A stretch of 32,000 nt of DNA. It comes from Wigglesworthia glossinidia endosymbiont of Glossina morsitans morsitans (Yale colony). Its GTDB lineage: Bacteria; Pseudomonadota; Gammaproteobacteria; Enterobacterales; Enterobacteriaceae. The DNA is taken from the NCBI RefSeq assembly GCF_000247565.1, contig NC_016893.1:420001-452000 (forward strand). The letters run 5' to 3'. The position numbers and the translations under genes were made by a program. Below, one piece after another: positions 1 to 12,626 of the stretch (within the stretch, counting starts at the first letter, position 1; each line of letters starts with the position of its first letter). The notes beneath the pieces are model-generated. The model saw nothing but the letters and a program-made list of their open reading frames with translations. It searched no databases and was not told where the DNA came from.

Positions 1-144
1 CAAATATGTACACTAAAAAAATTTTTGCCATTTATTAATACACTCGAACTAGATTACATTAAAAATGGATTAGGTTACAAATTTAAATTTAATAATCCGA
101 ATGCAAAAAACATATGTGGTTGTGGAAAAAGTATAAATTTTTAA
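1..144 (+). CDS. sufA: SufA A-type Fe-S carrier, C-terminal fragment (5' end outside window)
   Basis: Frame 1 from base 1 reads [47 protein letters not shown] with the A-type carrier CGCG C-terminal motif. It lies directly upstream of sufB as in enterobacterial suf operons. Not in the supplied ORF track. Confidence 0.93.
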   Translation, partial: QICTLKKFLPFINTLELDYIKNGLGYKFKFNNPNAKNICGCGKSINF

Positions 145-158
145 TGAGACAATATTTT

Positions 159-1634
159 ATGAAAAATAATATTAACAATTCTTTAAAAGAAAGTACATAT
201 AAATTAAATTTAAATGAATATAAAGAAGGATTTTCTACAATTTTAAAAACAGACGAATTAGAAAAAGGAATTAATGAAAAAGTAATTTGCGCTATATCTA
301 GAAAGCGTAACGAACCTGATTGGATGTTAAATTTTAGAATGCAAGCATATAATGCATGGCTAAACATGTCTGAACCGCATTGGTTACATGGAAAATTTGA
401 TCCAATTAATTATAATGAATATAGTTATTACTCCGCACCAAAATGCGATTCTTGCCAAAATGATAAACGAAATAAAACAAAAAAAAATTCTCAAAATTAT
501 TTAATTCCTGAAGTAAAAAATACATTTAAAAAATTAGGCATACCTACAAAAGAAGATAAAAATATAGCAATCGATGCTATATTTGATTCTGTTTCTGTAT
601 CTACAACATATCAAAGTTCTCTTAAAGAGATGGGAATTATTTTTTGTTCTTTTAGCGAAGCAATTCAAAATTATCCAGAACTTGTACGTAAATATTTAGG
701 AAGCGTTGTCCCTGCAAATGATAATTTTTTTGCGGCTTTAAATTCTGCTGTAGCTTCTGATGGGACATTTGTATATATTCCAAAAAATGTACAATGCCCG
801 ATGGAATTATCCACATATTTTCGTATAAATTCCGCTAATACTGGTCAATTTGAACGTACTATTTTAATAGCAGATAAAAATAGTACAGTAAGTTATATCG
901 AGGGTTGCTCTGCTCCGATACGGGATGGTCATCAGTTGCATGCTGCCGTTGTAGAAGTCATTGTGCTAGATTATGCTACAGTAAAGTATTCTACTGTGCA
1001 AAATTGGTTTCCGGGACAATCTAATGAAAGCGGAATATTGAATTTTGTCACAAAGCGTGCTTTATGTAAAGGAAAAAAATCAAAAATGTCTTGGACACAA
1101 TCTGAAACAGGATCTGCAATTACTTGGAAGTATCCAAGTGTGATTTTAAAAGGAAATGAATCAATAGGAGAATTTTTTTCTATTGCTTTAACAAAAAATT
1201 ATCAGCAAGCAGATACGGGTACTAAAATGATTCATATAGGTAAAAATAGCAGCTCAACTATTGTATCTAAAACAATATCTTCCGGGCAAAGTAACAATAC
1301 CTATCGGGGTTTAGTAAAAATTACATCTCAAGCAAATTATTCAAGAAATTTTACTCAATGTGATTCTATGTTAATTGGTACTAAATCTGGAGCACATACT
1401 TTTCCAAATATTCAAGTAAATAATCAAACTTCTCAGATTGAGCATGAAGCTACGACATCTAAAATAGAAGAAGATCAAATTTTTTATTGTCAACAAAGAG
1501 GAATTAATGTTAATGATGCAATTTCTATGATTGTACATGGATTTTGTAAAGAAGTATTCTCTAAGTTGCCATTAGAATTTGCTATAGAAGCAGAAAAGTT
1601 ACTTCATATTAATTTAGATCATAGTATAGGTTAA
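159..1634 (+). CDS. sufB: Fe-S cluster assembly scaffold SufB
   Basis: Track ORF 114..1634. [25 protein letters not shown] from ATG 159 lines up with the normal SufB N-terminus. Strong family similarity ([38 protein letters not shown]-like, HEATTSKI). The upstream part of the track ORF overlaps sufA. Confidence 0.97.
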   Translation: MKNNINNSLKESTYKLNLNEYKEGFSTILKTDELEKGINEKVICAISRKRNEPDWMLNFRMQAYNAWLNMSEPHWLHGKFDPINYNEYSYYSAPKCDSCQNDKRNKTKKNSQNYLIPEVKNTFKKLGIPTKEDKNIAIDAIFDSVSVSTTYQSSLKEMGIIFCSFSEAIQNYPELVRKYLGSVVPANDNFFAALNSAVASDGTFVYIPKNVQCPMELSTYFRINSANTGQFERTILIADKNSTVSYIEGCSAPIRDGHQLHAAVVEVIVLDYATVKYSTVQNWFPGQSNESGILNFVTKRALCKGKKSKMSWTQSETGSAITWKYPSVILKGNESIGEFFSIALTKNYQQADTGTKMIHIGKNSSSTIVSKTISSGQSNNTYRGLVKITSQANYSRNFTQCDSMLIGTKSGAHTFPNIQVNNQTSQIEHEATTSKIEEDQIFYCQQRGINVNDAISMIVHGFCKEVFSKLPLEFAIEAEKLLHINLDHSIG

Positions 1635-1683
1635 AATAAGTAGAAAATACATTTTTTTGGAATTTATTTACTAGGAACAAAAC

Positions 1684-2412
1684 ATGTTGTCAATTCAAAA
1701 TTTAGAAGTTATGGTTAATAATCAACTTATTTTAAATAAGTTAAATTTAAAAATTCAACCAGGAGAAGTTCATGCTATTATGGGTCCAAATGGATCAGGA
1801 AAAAGCACTCTAGCAGATACTTTGTCTGGAAAAAAACATTGTGTTATTACTTCTGGAAGTATTTTATTTAAAAATGTTAATCTTTTTCAATTAACCCCAG
1901 AAGAACGAGCAGGAAAAGGAATTTTTATAGCTTTTCAATATCCAATGGAAATACCAGGCATAAATAATAAAAATTTTTTGCATGCAAGTATTAATGCTAT
2001 TCGAAAATATCAAAATAAACCTTTTTTAGATATTTATAATTTTTCTCAAATATATAAAAAAAATACAGAACTACTTAATATTTCCGAAGAATTTATGCAA
2101 AGAGCATTAAATGTAGGATTTTCAGGAGGAGAAAAAAAAAGAAATGAAATCTTACAAATGATAATATTAAAACCCAGTTTATGTGTATTAGATGAAATTG
2201 ATTCCGGATTAGATATAGATTCATTAAAAAAAATTTCTAATTGCATAAATATGTTAAGACATAAAAAACGGTCTTTTATCATTATCACTCATTACCAACG
2301 CATATTAAATTATATATCACCAGATTACGTGCATGTATTAAATAAAGGCAGTATTGTCCAATCTGGAACTTTTGAAATAGTTAAACATCTCGAGGAATAC
2401 GGATATGGATAA
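1684..2412 (+). CDS. sufC: Fe-S cluster assembly ATPase SufC
   Basis: Walker A GPNGSGKST, ABC signature FSGGEKKRNE, Walker B/D-loop LCVLDEIDSGLDID; position in the suf operon. Confidence 0.97.
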   Translation: MLSIQNLEVMVNNQLILNKLNLKIQPGEVHAIMGPNGSGKSTLADTLSGKKHCVITSGSILFKNVNLFQLTPEERAGKGIFIAFQYPMEIPGINNKNFLHASINAIRKYQNKPFLDIYNFSQIYKKNTELLNISEEFMQRALNVGFSGGEKKRNEILQMIILKPSLCVLDEIDSGLDIDSLKKISNCINMLRHKKRSFIIITHYQRILNYISPDYVHVLNKGSIVQSGTFEIVKHLEEYGYG

Positions 2413-3688
2413 ATTAAAATACAATACACATATCATAAATTTTCTAGAGCAATGGAATAAATTGTTTTTATGCAAAAAACGACCTAAAGATCTTTGTATG
2501 CACTGGAATAAAATTTTTGAATTACGATCGTCATATTTTTCAAAAGAAATTTGGAATGTGGTTCCATTAAAAAATTTTTTTACAAAAAAATTTTTTATAG
2601 CGAACAAGAATTCAAATTTTAATATCGAACTAGACAAAATTTTATTGCATAAACATGTTTATAAATTAGTGTTTTTTAACGGCACGCTGTGTCAACATTT
2701 AAGTGATAATGATTTTGGCCAATGGAAAATAAAAATAAGAAAAAATAATTATATAAAAATATCACCTAATTATTTAATAAAATCTAATTTTTTTTTACAT
2801 ATGTCAGAAAGTTTCTGTGAAAATATAATACATATTGATTTAGAAAAAAATACAAAACCTCTTATTCCATTATACTTACTTCATATCAATTCAGGCGGAC
2901 AAAATAATAAAATTGCTGTAATAAATTCTCGTATACACATTAATGTGCAAGAAAATGCTCGAGGAGAAATCATAGAGCACTTTTTAGGTAATAGTCATTA
3001 CTCATATTTAAATAATATTTGCACAAATTTTTTATTAGAAAGCAGTGCTCATATGAATTATTTAAAAATTAATTTTGATAATTTTAATAGCTATCATATT
3101 GCGAATAACAATATTATTTTAAATAAAAATACTACATTTTATAATCATCTTTTCAACTTGGGAGGATATTTTTCTCAGCAAAACACTCATGTATGTTTGA
3201 ATCATGAACACTCTGATGTATCAATAAACAGTTTATCCGTACCTAGTAATAAACAAATTATCGACATAAATACATACATAGATCACAAATCTCGTTGTTG
3301 TAAGAGTAGGCAACTACATAAAATGATTTTATCAAAATCTGCAATAGGAAACTTTCATGGTATTATTAAAGTTGAGAAAAATGCAGTAAAAACAGACGGT
3401 CATATGAAAAACGATAATTTATTAACTAGCAAACATTCTAAGATAAATACAAAACCTGAATTAGAAATTTATGCAGATGATGTAAAATGTAGTCATGGAT
3501 CTACAGTTGGATATATGAATCCAGAACATTTATTTTATCTGCGCTCTAGAGGAATTTCAAAAAATCATGCAAAAAAAATGATCATGTATGCATTTTCTTT
3601 AGAAGTGCTTAAAAATGTATCTTATAAATCACTACATAAAACTTTAAATAATTTAATCGTATCATTTTTAGAGCAAATAAAAATATGA
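2405..3688 (+). CDS. sufD: Fe-S cluster assembly protein SufD
   Basis: Overlaps the sufC end by 8 nt. C-terminal KCSHGSTVGYMNPEHLFYLRSRGISKNHAKKMI is typical of SufD. N-terminal half is divergent. Confidence 0.93.
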   Translation: MDKLKYNTHIINFLEQWNKLFLCKKRPKDLCMHWNKIFELRSSYFSKEIWNVVPLKNFFTKKFFIANKNSNFNIELDKILLHKHVYKLVFFNGTLCQHLSDNDFGQWKIKIRKNNYIKISPNYLIKSNFFLHMSESFCENIIHIDLEKNTKPLIPLYLLHINSGGQNNKIAVINSRIHINVQENARGEIIEHFLGNSHYSYLNNICTNFLLESSAHMNYLKINFDNFNSYHIANNNIILNKNTTFYNHLFNLGGYFSQQNTHVCLNHEHSDVSINSLSVPSNKQIIDINTYIDHKSRCCKSRQLHKMILSKSAIGNFHGIIKVEKNAVKTDGHMKNDNLLTSKHSKINTKPELEIYADDVKCSHGSTVGYMNPEHLFYLRSRGISKNHAKKMIMYAFSLEVLKNVSYKSLHKTLNNLIVSFLEQIKI

Positions 3689-4917
3689 TATATCCAATTA
3701 AAAAAATTAGAAAAGATTTTCCTATTCTAAAAAAAATAGTTAATAATTATCCATTAATTTATCTAGATAGCGCCGCTAGTGCACAAAAACCAAAATTTGT
3801 TTTTAAACGAGAAATTCAATATGTATCACAACAACATTCAGCTGTACATAGAGGTATTCATACTCTAAGTAAAAATGCTACAAAGTACATGGAAGATGTT
3901 AGAGAAAAAATTTCTTGTTTTCTTAATGCAAAATCAGAAAAAGAAATTATTTTTGTTAAAGGCGCTACGGAAGGAATTAATTTAGTTGCTCATTCTTGGG
4001 GCGAAAATTATATAAATTCAGGGGAAAATATAGTAATTACTCAAATGGAACATCATTCTAATATTGTACCATGGCAAATTCTTGCAAGAAAAAAAAAAAT
4101 AAATATTAAATATATTCCACTTTTACCTAATGGAAAATTAGATTTTGATAAACTAGAACAAATTATTGATCATAAAACTCGCCTTCTATGCATGACGCAT
4201 ATGTCAAATGTTTTAGGAACATACAATGCAATAGAAACTATTATCAAAAAAGTAAAAAATTATTTTAATGTTAAAATATTAATTGACGGCGCACAAGCAA
4301 TTGTGCACCACAATATAGATGTACAAAAAATTAATTGCGATTTTTATGTATTTTCAGGACATAAATTATATGGACCATCAGGAATTGGTATATTATATGC
4401 GAAAAAAAAAATACTCGATAAGATGCCTCCATGGGAAGGAGGTGGTGGCATGATACAGAATGTATGTTTAGATTCAGGGGTTAAATTTAGCTCTGTTCCA
4501 TGGAAATTTGAAGCTGGTTCACCTAATATTTCTGGTATTATCGGACTAGGTGCAGCTGTAGATTACATAAATAAAATCGGCATGAAAAAAATTTTCGTAC
4601 ATGAAAAAAAAATTATAAATTATGCTTTATTAAAATTAAAAAATATTCCTACAATTAGGATTTATGGATCTGATCCGTTTTCTGGAGTAATTTCTTTTAA
4701 TTTAAAAAATTATCATGCTTATGATATAGGTGTTATACTTGATCAATATGGAGTTGCTATTCGTACTGGACATCATTGTGCTATGCCAATTATGAAATTT
4801 TTTAAAACAAATAGTATGTGTAGAATCTCGATAGCTATGTATACAAGCAAGTCAGATATCTCATGTTTTATAAAAAAATTAAATAAAACAATAAATTTTT
4901 TACAACAATCTAATTAG
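3685..4917 (+). CDS. sufS: Cysteine desulfurase SufS
   Basis: ATGA overlap with sufD. PLP-lysine region FSGHKLYGPSGIGILY and active-site Cys context RTGHHCAMP. Confidence 0.97.
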   Translation: MIYPIKKIRKDFPILKKIVNNYPLIYLDSAASAQKPKFVFKREIQYVSQQHSAVHRGIHTLSKNATKYMEDVREKISCFLNAKSEKEIIFVKGATEGINLVAHSWGENYINSGENIVITQMEHHSNIVPWQILARKKKINIKYIPLLPNGKLDFDKLEQIIDHKTRLLCMTHMSNVLGTYNAIETIIKKVKNYFNVKILIDGAQAIVHHNIDVQKINCDFYVFSGHKLYGPSGIGILYAKKKILDKMPPWEGGGGMIQNVCLDSGVKFSSVPWKFEAGSPNISGIIGLGAAVDYINKIGMKKIFVHEKKIINYALLKLKNIPTIRIYGSDPFSGVISFNLKNYHAYDIGVILDQYGVAIRTGHHCAMPIMKFFKTNSMCRISIAMYTSKSDISCFIKKLNKTINFLQQSN

Positions 4918-4935
4918 ATTAGTTTAAAATATTTT

Positions 4936-5337
4936 ATGGATAAAAATAAATTTATAAAAAATTTTTCTTACTTAAGTAATTGGGAAGAAAAATATCTCTA
5001 TATTATAGAATTAGGAAAGAGATTGGCTCCATTTCCTGATAGATTTAAAAAATCTGAATATCTTGTTCCTGGATGCCAAAATCTTGTTTGGATTGCTTTA
5101 TTATATAATAAAAATCATTTAAAATTTTATGGAGATAGCAACTCTATTATTGTTAAAGGGCTAATAGCAATTTTATTTATATTTTATCAAAACTTAAAAA
5201 TATCAGAAATAATTACATGTAATACATATCTTGATTTAAAAAATTTATGTTTATCTGAGCACCTAACTCCTTCTAGAATGCAGGGATTAGGTGCTATCAT
5301 TAGTTTCATTAAAAAATCGGCGCGTTCTTTTTTATAA
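4936..5337 (+). CDS. sufE: Sulfur acceptor SufE
   Basis: VPGCQNLVW active-cysteine motif and LTPSRMQGLGAI; last gene of the suf operon. Confidence 0.95.
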   Translation: MDKNKFIKNFSYLSNWEEKYLYIIELGKRLAPFPDRFKKSEYLVPGCQNLVWIALLYNKNHLKFYGDSNSIIVKGLIAILFIFYQNLKISEIITCNTYLDLKNLCLSEHLTPSRMQGLGAIISFIKKSARSFL

Positions 5338-5366
5338 GAATAACTTTTTACTTAAAAAGTAATAAT

Positions 5367-5603
5367 TTATTTTCTATAATAAAAAGAACGATTGTTCAGA
5401 CGTTGATTTGCACGATCAGCTTCTTCTTTTGCTATATGTGCATCAGCTTTGATATGTTTTACATCTTCTGAAATATGATCTATTTGATTGTGCAGTTCTT
5501 TGATATCAGAATTTAATTTGTTATTACTTGGACTATTTGTGCAACTTGATAATATTAATATACTTAAAATTATATTAAATACAGTTTTTTTATTATTTAA
5601 CAT
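5367..5603 (-). CDS. lpp: Murein (Braun) lipoprotein Lpp
   Basis: 78 aa, hydrophobic signal with lipobox LSSC, heptad-repeat body, ANQRLNN and C-terminal YRK (Lys for peptidoglycan cross-link). Confidence 0.93.
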   Translation of the reverse strand: MLNNKKTVFNIILSILILSSCTNSPSNNKLNSDIKELHNQIDHISEDVKHIKADAHIAKEEADRANQRLNNRSFYYRK

Positions 5604-5882
5604 TTTTTTTCCTTAAATAATTTTTTGAATTTATTCAATATTATTTGATGTCACTTAAACTTACTTTTTTTGATAAAATTATATTGTTCTATATTTTTTA
5701 TTCATTATATTCAGAATAAATATTTTTATTATATTAAATAACATATATATATCGTAGTATTTTATTTATTATAATTTACAAAAAATTTGTATTAAAATAT
5801 ATAAATTTAGTAACATACTAAAATTTTTTATTATTTAAATATTGGTTTCAAAATTTTAGAAATATTTTAATTTTAAAAATAA

Positions 5883-7553
<1,671 letters not shown>

Positions 7554-7620
7554 TATACTTATTTAATAATATTTTTAGTATCATACTAATTAATTATTAT
7601 TTATATATAAATATAATAAA

Positions 7621-8925
7621 ATGTATACTTCAAAAATTATCAAAGTTATTGGTCGTGAAATTCTTGATTCAAGAGGCAATCCTACAGTAGAAGCTGAAGT
7701 ACATTTGTCTGGCGGCGTAATAGGACGCGCTTCTTCTCCGTCTGGTATATCTATTGGTTCACGAGAAGCATATGAATTACGTGATCGAGATTTTTCTCGA
7801 TTTTTAGGTAAAGGTGTAAAAAAAGCAGTAAAAGTGATAAATAAAAAAATTTCTAAATCTTTAATAAAAAAAAATGCTGAGGAACAAAAAAATATTGATA
7901 ATATCATGATTCATTTAGATGGGACAGAAAATAAGTCTAGATTAGGAGCAAATTCAATTTTAGCTGTATCTCTTGCAAACGCTAAAGCAGTATCAAACAT
8001 CAGAAAAATTCCTCTATATCAATACATAGCAGAACTCAATGAAATTCCAGAAATGTTTTCTATGCCATTACCAATGATTAATATTATTAACGGAGGAAAA
8101 CATACAAACAATAATATTGATATTCAAGAATTTATGATTCAACCAGTTAGTGCAAAAAATATTAAACAAGCAATTCAAATGGGATCTGAAATATTCCATA
8201 ATTTAGGAAAAATATTGCATGAACAGGGTATGAGCACTTCTGTTGGAGATGAAGGAGGATATACACCTAATTTAAAATCTAATATTGTTGCATTTAATTT
8301 AATTCAAGAAGCAATAGAAAAATCTGGATTTTGTATAGGTAAAGACATTACATTAGCGATCGATTGTGCTGCATCAGAATTTTTTGAAAAAAACTATCAA
8401 TCTTATTATTTAAAAAGTGAAAAAAAAATGTTTTCATCTTGCGAATTTATAGAATATTTGACCGATCTTACAAATAAGTATCCTATTCTTTCTATTGAAG
8501 ACGGATTACATGAAAATGATTTAGAAGGTTTTAAAATATTAACAAAAACATTAGGAAAAAAAATTCAGCTCGTAGGTGACGATTTATTCGTGACTAATTC
8601 TAAATTGTTAAACAATGGTATTAAAAATGGAATTGCTAATTCCATTTTAGTAAAACCAAATCAAATTGGTTCATTAACAGAAACTTTAAAAGTAATTAAA
8701 ATAGCTAAAAAAGCCGGATACTCTACTATTATTTCACATCGATCTGGAGAAACTGAAGATGTAACAATAGCAGATTTATCTGTTGGAACAGCATCAGGTC
8801 AAATTAAAACAGGATCTATGAGTCGATCAGATCGAATAGCAAAATATAATCGATTAATTCGTATTGAAGAAGAACTACAGTATCGTGCTCCATTTAATGG
8901 AAGAATGGAAATTAAAAATCAATAA
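7621..8925 (+). CDS. eno: Enolase
   Basis: [53 protein letters not shown]; immediately after pyrG as in enterobacteria. Confidence 0.98.
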   Translation: MYTSKIIKVIGREILDSRGNPTVEAEVHLSGGVIGRASSPSGISIGSREAYELRDRDFSRFLGKGVKKAVKVINKKISKSLIKKNAEEQKNIDNIMIHLDGTENKSRLGANSILAVSLANAKAVSNIRKIPLYQYIAELNEIPEMFSMPLPMINIINGGKHTNNNIDIQEFMIQPVSAKNIKQAIQMGSEIFHNLGKILHEQGMSTSVGDEGGYTPNLKSNIVAFNLIQEAIEKSGFCIGKDITLAIDCAASEFFEKNYQSYYLKSEKKMFSSCEFIEYLTDLTNKYPILSIEDGLHENDLEGFKILTKTLGKKIQLVGDDLFVTNSKLLNNGIKNGIANSILVKPNQIGSLTETLKVIKIAKKAGYSTIISHRSGETEDVTIADLSVGTASGQIKTGSMSRSDRIAKYNRLIRIEEELQYRAPFNGRMEIKNQ

Positions 8926-8945
8926 TTTTTTAAATTTATGTATTT

Positions 8946-9896
8946 TTAATTTTTTATAATATTAACCGGTAATCCCTTACGTTCTTGAAAAGCCTGTGCG
9001 ACTACGAATTTATTTACCTTTAAATCATGTATAAAATTATATATTTTGTTAGAAATAACAATTGGTTTATGATAAATAGATTTAAAAGTTTCTAAATTAT
9101 TTGATAACGGAAAATGTACTTCTATATACTTATTTCCGTCTTTTTCTAAACTAATTTTTATTGGTTCGTTGATGAATTTTACTGTAGTACCAACTGGTAC
9201 ATGATTAAATAAATATTTAATATCAGCATTTCTTAAACGTATGCATCCATGAGTAACACGCAGTCCAATTCCAAAATTTGCATTTGTTCCATGAATAGCA
9301 TATAGATCTTCTAAATATAAAGCGTATAATCCCATAGGGTTATCTTTTCCTGGAGGATATGTTTTTAACAAAATTTTGCCTTTTTCTAAATATTCTTGAC
9401 GTATAGATTGTGTAGGAGTCCAAGTTGGTCCATATTTTTTTCTTTTCACAGCAGTAGTCCAATTATGAGGAGTTTCTTTCCCTACTTGTCCGATACCGAT
9501 AGGAAAAATTGCTACTAAATTAGAATTTTTAGGAAAATAAAATAATCGCATTTCAGCAGTGTTTATAATAATTCCTGAATAAGGCATATCTGGCAATATA
9601 ATTTGTTTTGGAATAATTACTTGCGTGCCACTTTGAGGTAAATATACATCTACTCCTGGATTTGCTTCTAATATATTAGTAAGACCTACATTAAATTTTT
9701 GAGCAAAGTATTCTAAAGAGAGAGTATTATTTTTTGGAATAGTAATAACAAAATTTTTTCCGATTATTCTATTACCATTTTTAGGCAACTGATATACTTC
9801 TGAATAAACAGTTTTAAAATTTAATATGATAAATATAAGTATTCTAAAGTATATAGCGATTTTTTTTAGTAAATATCTTAATCTTGATCTATGCAT
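8946..9896 (-). CDS. L,D-transpeptidase of the Lpp-anchoring YbiS/YcfS/YnhG family
   Basis: Signal-like N-terminus, LysM-like region, YkuD catalytic motif IHGTNANFGIGLRVTHGCIRL. Which paralogue (ldtA/B/C/E) cannot be settled by eye. Confidence 0.9.
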   Translation of the reverse strand: MHRSRLRYLLKKIAIYFRILIFIILNFKTVYSEVYQLPKNGNRIIGKNFVITIPKNNTLSLEYFAQKFNVGLTNILEANPGVDVYLPQSGTQVIIPKQIILPDMPYSGIIINTAEMRLFYFPKNSNLVAIFPIGIGQVGKETPHNWTTAVKRKKYGPTWTPTQSIRQEYLEKGKILLKTYPPGKDNPMGLYALYLEDLYAIHGTNANFGIGLRVTHGCIRLRNADIKYLFNHVPVGTTVKFINEPIKISLEKDGNKYIEVHFPLSNNLETFKSIYHKPIVISNKIYNFIHDLKVNKFVVAQAFQERKGLPVNIIKN

Positions 9897-9944
9897 AAAA
9901 TAAATTATTTTATTTTTTTCTTTTTTTAGATATTTAAAAAAAAA

Positions 9945-11030
9945 TTAAACATTAAATAAAAATTCAATAATATCTCCATTTTTTACTAAATAATCTTTTC
10001 CTTCTAATTTAATTTTTCCAAATTTTTTTGCTAAGTTCATACTTTTATAATGCATAAAATTTTCAAAAGAGATAACTTTTGCTCGAATGAATCCTCTTTG
10101 AAAATCACTATGAATTTTTCCTGATGCTTGTAATGCTGTAGTTTTATAATTAATTAACCATGAACGTACTTCTTTTTTACCAATAGTAAAAAAGTTATTT
10201 AATTTTAATAATTGACAGCCACAATTTATAATTGTGCCTAAATTAGAGTTTGCTAATTTAGATATTATGTACATTTTAGATGATTTTTTCTGTAAAGAAT
10301 TTATGAAATTATCTTCAAATGTAGCGCATATTTTAAGTACGGGTATTTCAAGATGATTAAAATATTTTTTTATTTTTTCTATGTATTCGATATTTTTTGA
10401 AGAATTTTCATGTATATTTAAAATAAGCATTTTAGGTTTTAAAGTTAAAAAATTTAACTCAGAAATAATAGAATCATGTAAATTCTCGGTTTTTTTGTGC
10501 GTATGATGTTTTTTGTTAGACAGCGCTTCTAAAAAAAATTCTAAAATATAAATTTGATTTTTAATATTATTATTTTTATTTTGTTTTTTTAAAAAAGAGA
10601 TTTTTTCAGTACATCTTGCAATATCAGATAATATTAATTCAGAATTTATAATATGAATATCATTTAAAACATTTTCGAACATATATTTAGAAGAACAAAG
10701 ATCTTTAGAAAAGCATCCTACGACATGACCAATTGCATCAGCAGTACGAATTTGATTTAAAAATTGATTTCCTAATCCATATCCTTTAGAAGCACCTTTT
10801 ACTAAACCCGCAATATCGATAAATTCAATATATTCTGGCGTGATACAACGAGACTTAACGATTTCTTGTAACTTAAATAAGCGCATATCTGGTATAGGAG
10901 TTAATGCAATATTAGGCTTAATTGTACAAAATGGAAAATTTTTAGCTGCTACTTTAGATCCAGTAAGTGCATTAAAAAGTGTAGATTTTCCGGCATTAGG
11001 CAATCCTATAATTCCAACTTTTAATCCCAT
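9945..11030 (-). CDS. ychF: Obg-family ribosome-binding GTPase/ATPase YchF
   Basis: GLPNAGKSTLFNALTG P-loop, DIAGLVKGASKGYGLGNQFL; next to pth as in enterobacteria. Confidence 0.97.
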   Translation of the reverse strand: MGLKVGIIGLPNAGKSTLFNALTGSKVAAKNFPFCTIKPNIALTPIPDMRLFKLQEIVKSRCITPEYIEFIDIAGLVKGASKGYGLGNQFLNQIRTADAIGHVVGCFSKDLCSSKYMFENVLNDIHIINSELILSDIARCTEKISFLKKQNKNNNIKNQIYILEFFLEALSNKKHHTHKKTENLHDSIISELNFLTLKPKMLILNIHENSSKNIEYIEKIKKYFNHLEIPVLKICATFEDNFINSLQKKSSKMYIISKLANSNLGTIINCGCQLLKLNNFFTIGKKEVRSWLINYKTTALQASGKIHSDFQRGFIRAKVISFENFMHYKSMNLAKKFGKIKLEGKDYLVKNGDIIEFLFNV

Positions 11031-11072
11031 TCATATCCTCTTTGCAAAAATTTTTTCTAATTTTTTGTAAAA

Positions 11073-11645
11073 CTATTTTCTATGTAAAATATTCATAGCA
11101 TGATATTGATTTTTTTTTATTAAAATTTTGATACAACTAATAGATTTTTTAATTATTTTTTTTAATTTAAATAAATCTTGATCGTTAAATTTACTTAAAA
11201 TATATTTTTTAATATCACCATTTTCAGGACGTCCAATTCCGATTCTTAACGTATTTAAAAAAGATTTTTTTCCAATAAAATTTATTAGGCTTCTCACTCC
11301 ATTGTGCGTGCTACTTCTATGAAAAAATTTAAATCGAGCGCATCCTAATTGTAGATCTAATTCGTCGTGAACAATTAATAATTCATAGGTATTAAAATTA
11401 TAAAAATTATAAATTTTAAAAATTATTTCTCCATTAACATTCATATAATTATTTGGAATCATAAGAAATATTTCTTTTAGCGCTATATTAATTTTTGCAA
11501 TATAACAAGAAAAATATTTATTTTGTATAAGATGCACATTATATTTTTTGGCCAAAGTATGAATAAACAATTCTCCGATATTATGACGTGTATGTGAGTA
11601 TTTTGGTGCAGGATTTGATAATCCTATAATCATTTTTAATCTCAT
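11073..11645 (-). CDS. pth: Peptidyl-tRNA hydrolase
   Basis: GLSNPAPKYSHTRHNIGE with catalytic His, VHDELDLQLG, HNGVRSL. Confidence 0.96.
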   Translation of the reverse strand: MRLKMIIGLSNPAPKYSHTRHNIGELFIHTLAKKYNVHLIQNKYFSCYIAKINIALKEIFLMIPNNYMNVNGEIIFKIYNFYNFNTYELLIVHDELDLQLGCARFKFFHRSSTHNGVRSLINFIGKKSFLNTLRIGIGRPENGDIKKYILSKFNDQDLFKLKKIIKKSISCIKILIKKNQYHAMNILHRK

Positions 11646-11663
11646 AAAAAATTTTAACTTATG

Positions 11664-12572
11664 TTAAATTATAATATTAAGTATATATTTTTCTATTAGT
11701 TTAGAAATTGTTAAGATTTTTATATTTGATAATTTTTTAAATTTTAAATTTATCGGAATCGTATCGCATACAATAAACTCGTCAATAACTGATTTTTGCA
11801 TGGTATAAAATGCATTTTCTGAAAGCACTGGATGTGTAGTATAGCATACTATGTTTGAGGCGCCTTGATTTTTTAAATAATATGCAGATTTACATAAAGT
11901 CGATGCTGTATCAATAATATCATCAACTAATATACAATCACGATTTTTAACATTGCCAATAATATTTGCCACCTGAGTTTCATTAAAATTAGGTCGAATT
12001 TTTTCTATTACCACAACTTCTACATTTTTAAGAGCTTTTGACATCTTCCTAGCACGACGTATACTTCCAAAATCTGGTGCTACAATAACAGGATTAAGGA
12101 AGTTCTTTTTTCTAATATCTTCTAAAAAAACTGTCTCAGCTGATATTGAATCAAAAACAATATCGAAGAATCCTTGTATTTGCTCGCAATGTATATCGAT
12201 AGTTGCTATTTGATCAATTCCTGAAATAGACAAAAGATTTGCAACTAACTTGGCTGTAATTGGTACTTGTTCTAAATTAATTCTGCGATCTTGTCTACCA
12301 TATCCATAATAGGGTATTATAGTGATGATTTTTTTGGCGGCTGCACGTTTTAAAGCGTCAGCTATTATCATTAACTCCATTAAATTGTCATTTGCTGGAT
12401 AGCATGTAGATTGAATAATACATACATCTTCGCCTCGTACATTTTCATCAATTTTTACATTGATTTCGTTATCTTTAAAACGACTAATTACAATGGGAGA
12501 TAGTTTAATTTTACATGTATGTGATAGTAAGTTTGCTAAATGTTTAACAGAGGTGCCAAAAAAAATTTTCAT
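11664..12572 (-). CDS. prs: Ribose-phosphate pyrophosphokinase
   Basis: IQSTCYPANDNLMELMIIADALKRAAAKKIITIIPYYGYGRQDR and CILVDDIIDTASTLC (PRPP-binding motif). Confidence 0.97.
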   Translation of the reverse strand: MKIFFGTSVKHLANLLSHTCKIKLSPIVISRFKDNEINVKIDENVRGEDVCIIQSTCYPANDNLMELMIIADALKRAAAKKIITIIPYYGYGRQDRRINLEQVPITAKLVANLLSISGIDQIATIDIHCEQIQGFFDIVFDSISAETVFLEDIRKKNFLNPVIVAPDFGSIRRARKMSKALKNVEVVVIEKIRPNFNETQVANIIGNVKNRDCILVDDIIDTASTLCKSAYYLKNQGASNIVCYTTHPVLSENAFYTMQKSVIDEFIVCDTIPINLKFKKLSNIKILTISKLIEKYILNIII

Positions 12573-12626
12573 TTTAATATAAAATGTATTTTATTGTATT
12601 TTTTTTAATGTAACGTTAAAATATAT

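Noticed and set aside
89-367. Minus-strand ORF 89..367
   Set aside because: Antisense to sufA/sufB coding sequence, low-complexity hydrophobic product, no recognisable family.
2590-2620. Alternating poly-A/poly-T direct repeat in sufD (coding NFFTKKFF)
   Set aside because: Short, inside an intact coding frame, and expected at this base composition.
2046-2637. Minus-strand ORFs 2046..2288 and 2338..2637
   Set aside because: Antisense to sufC/sufD; explained by AT-rich composition.
7590-7907. Minus-strand ORF 7590..7907
   Set aside because: Antisense shadow of eno; the product is just the reverse frame of a conserved enolase start.
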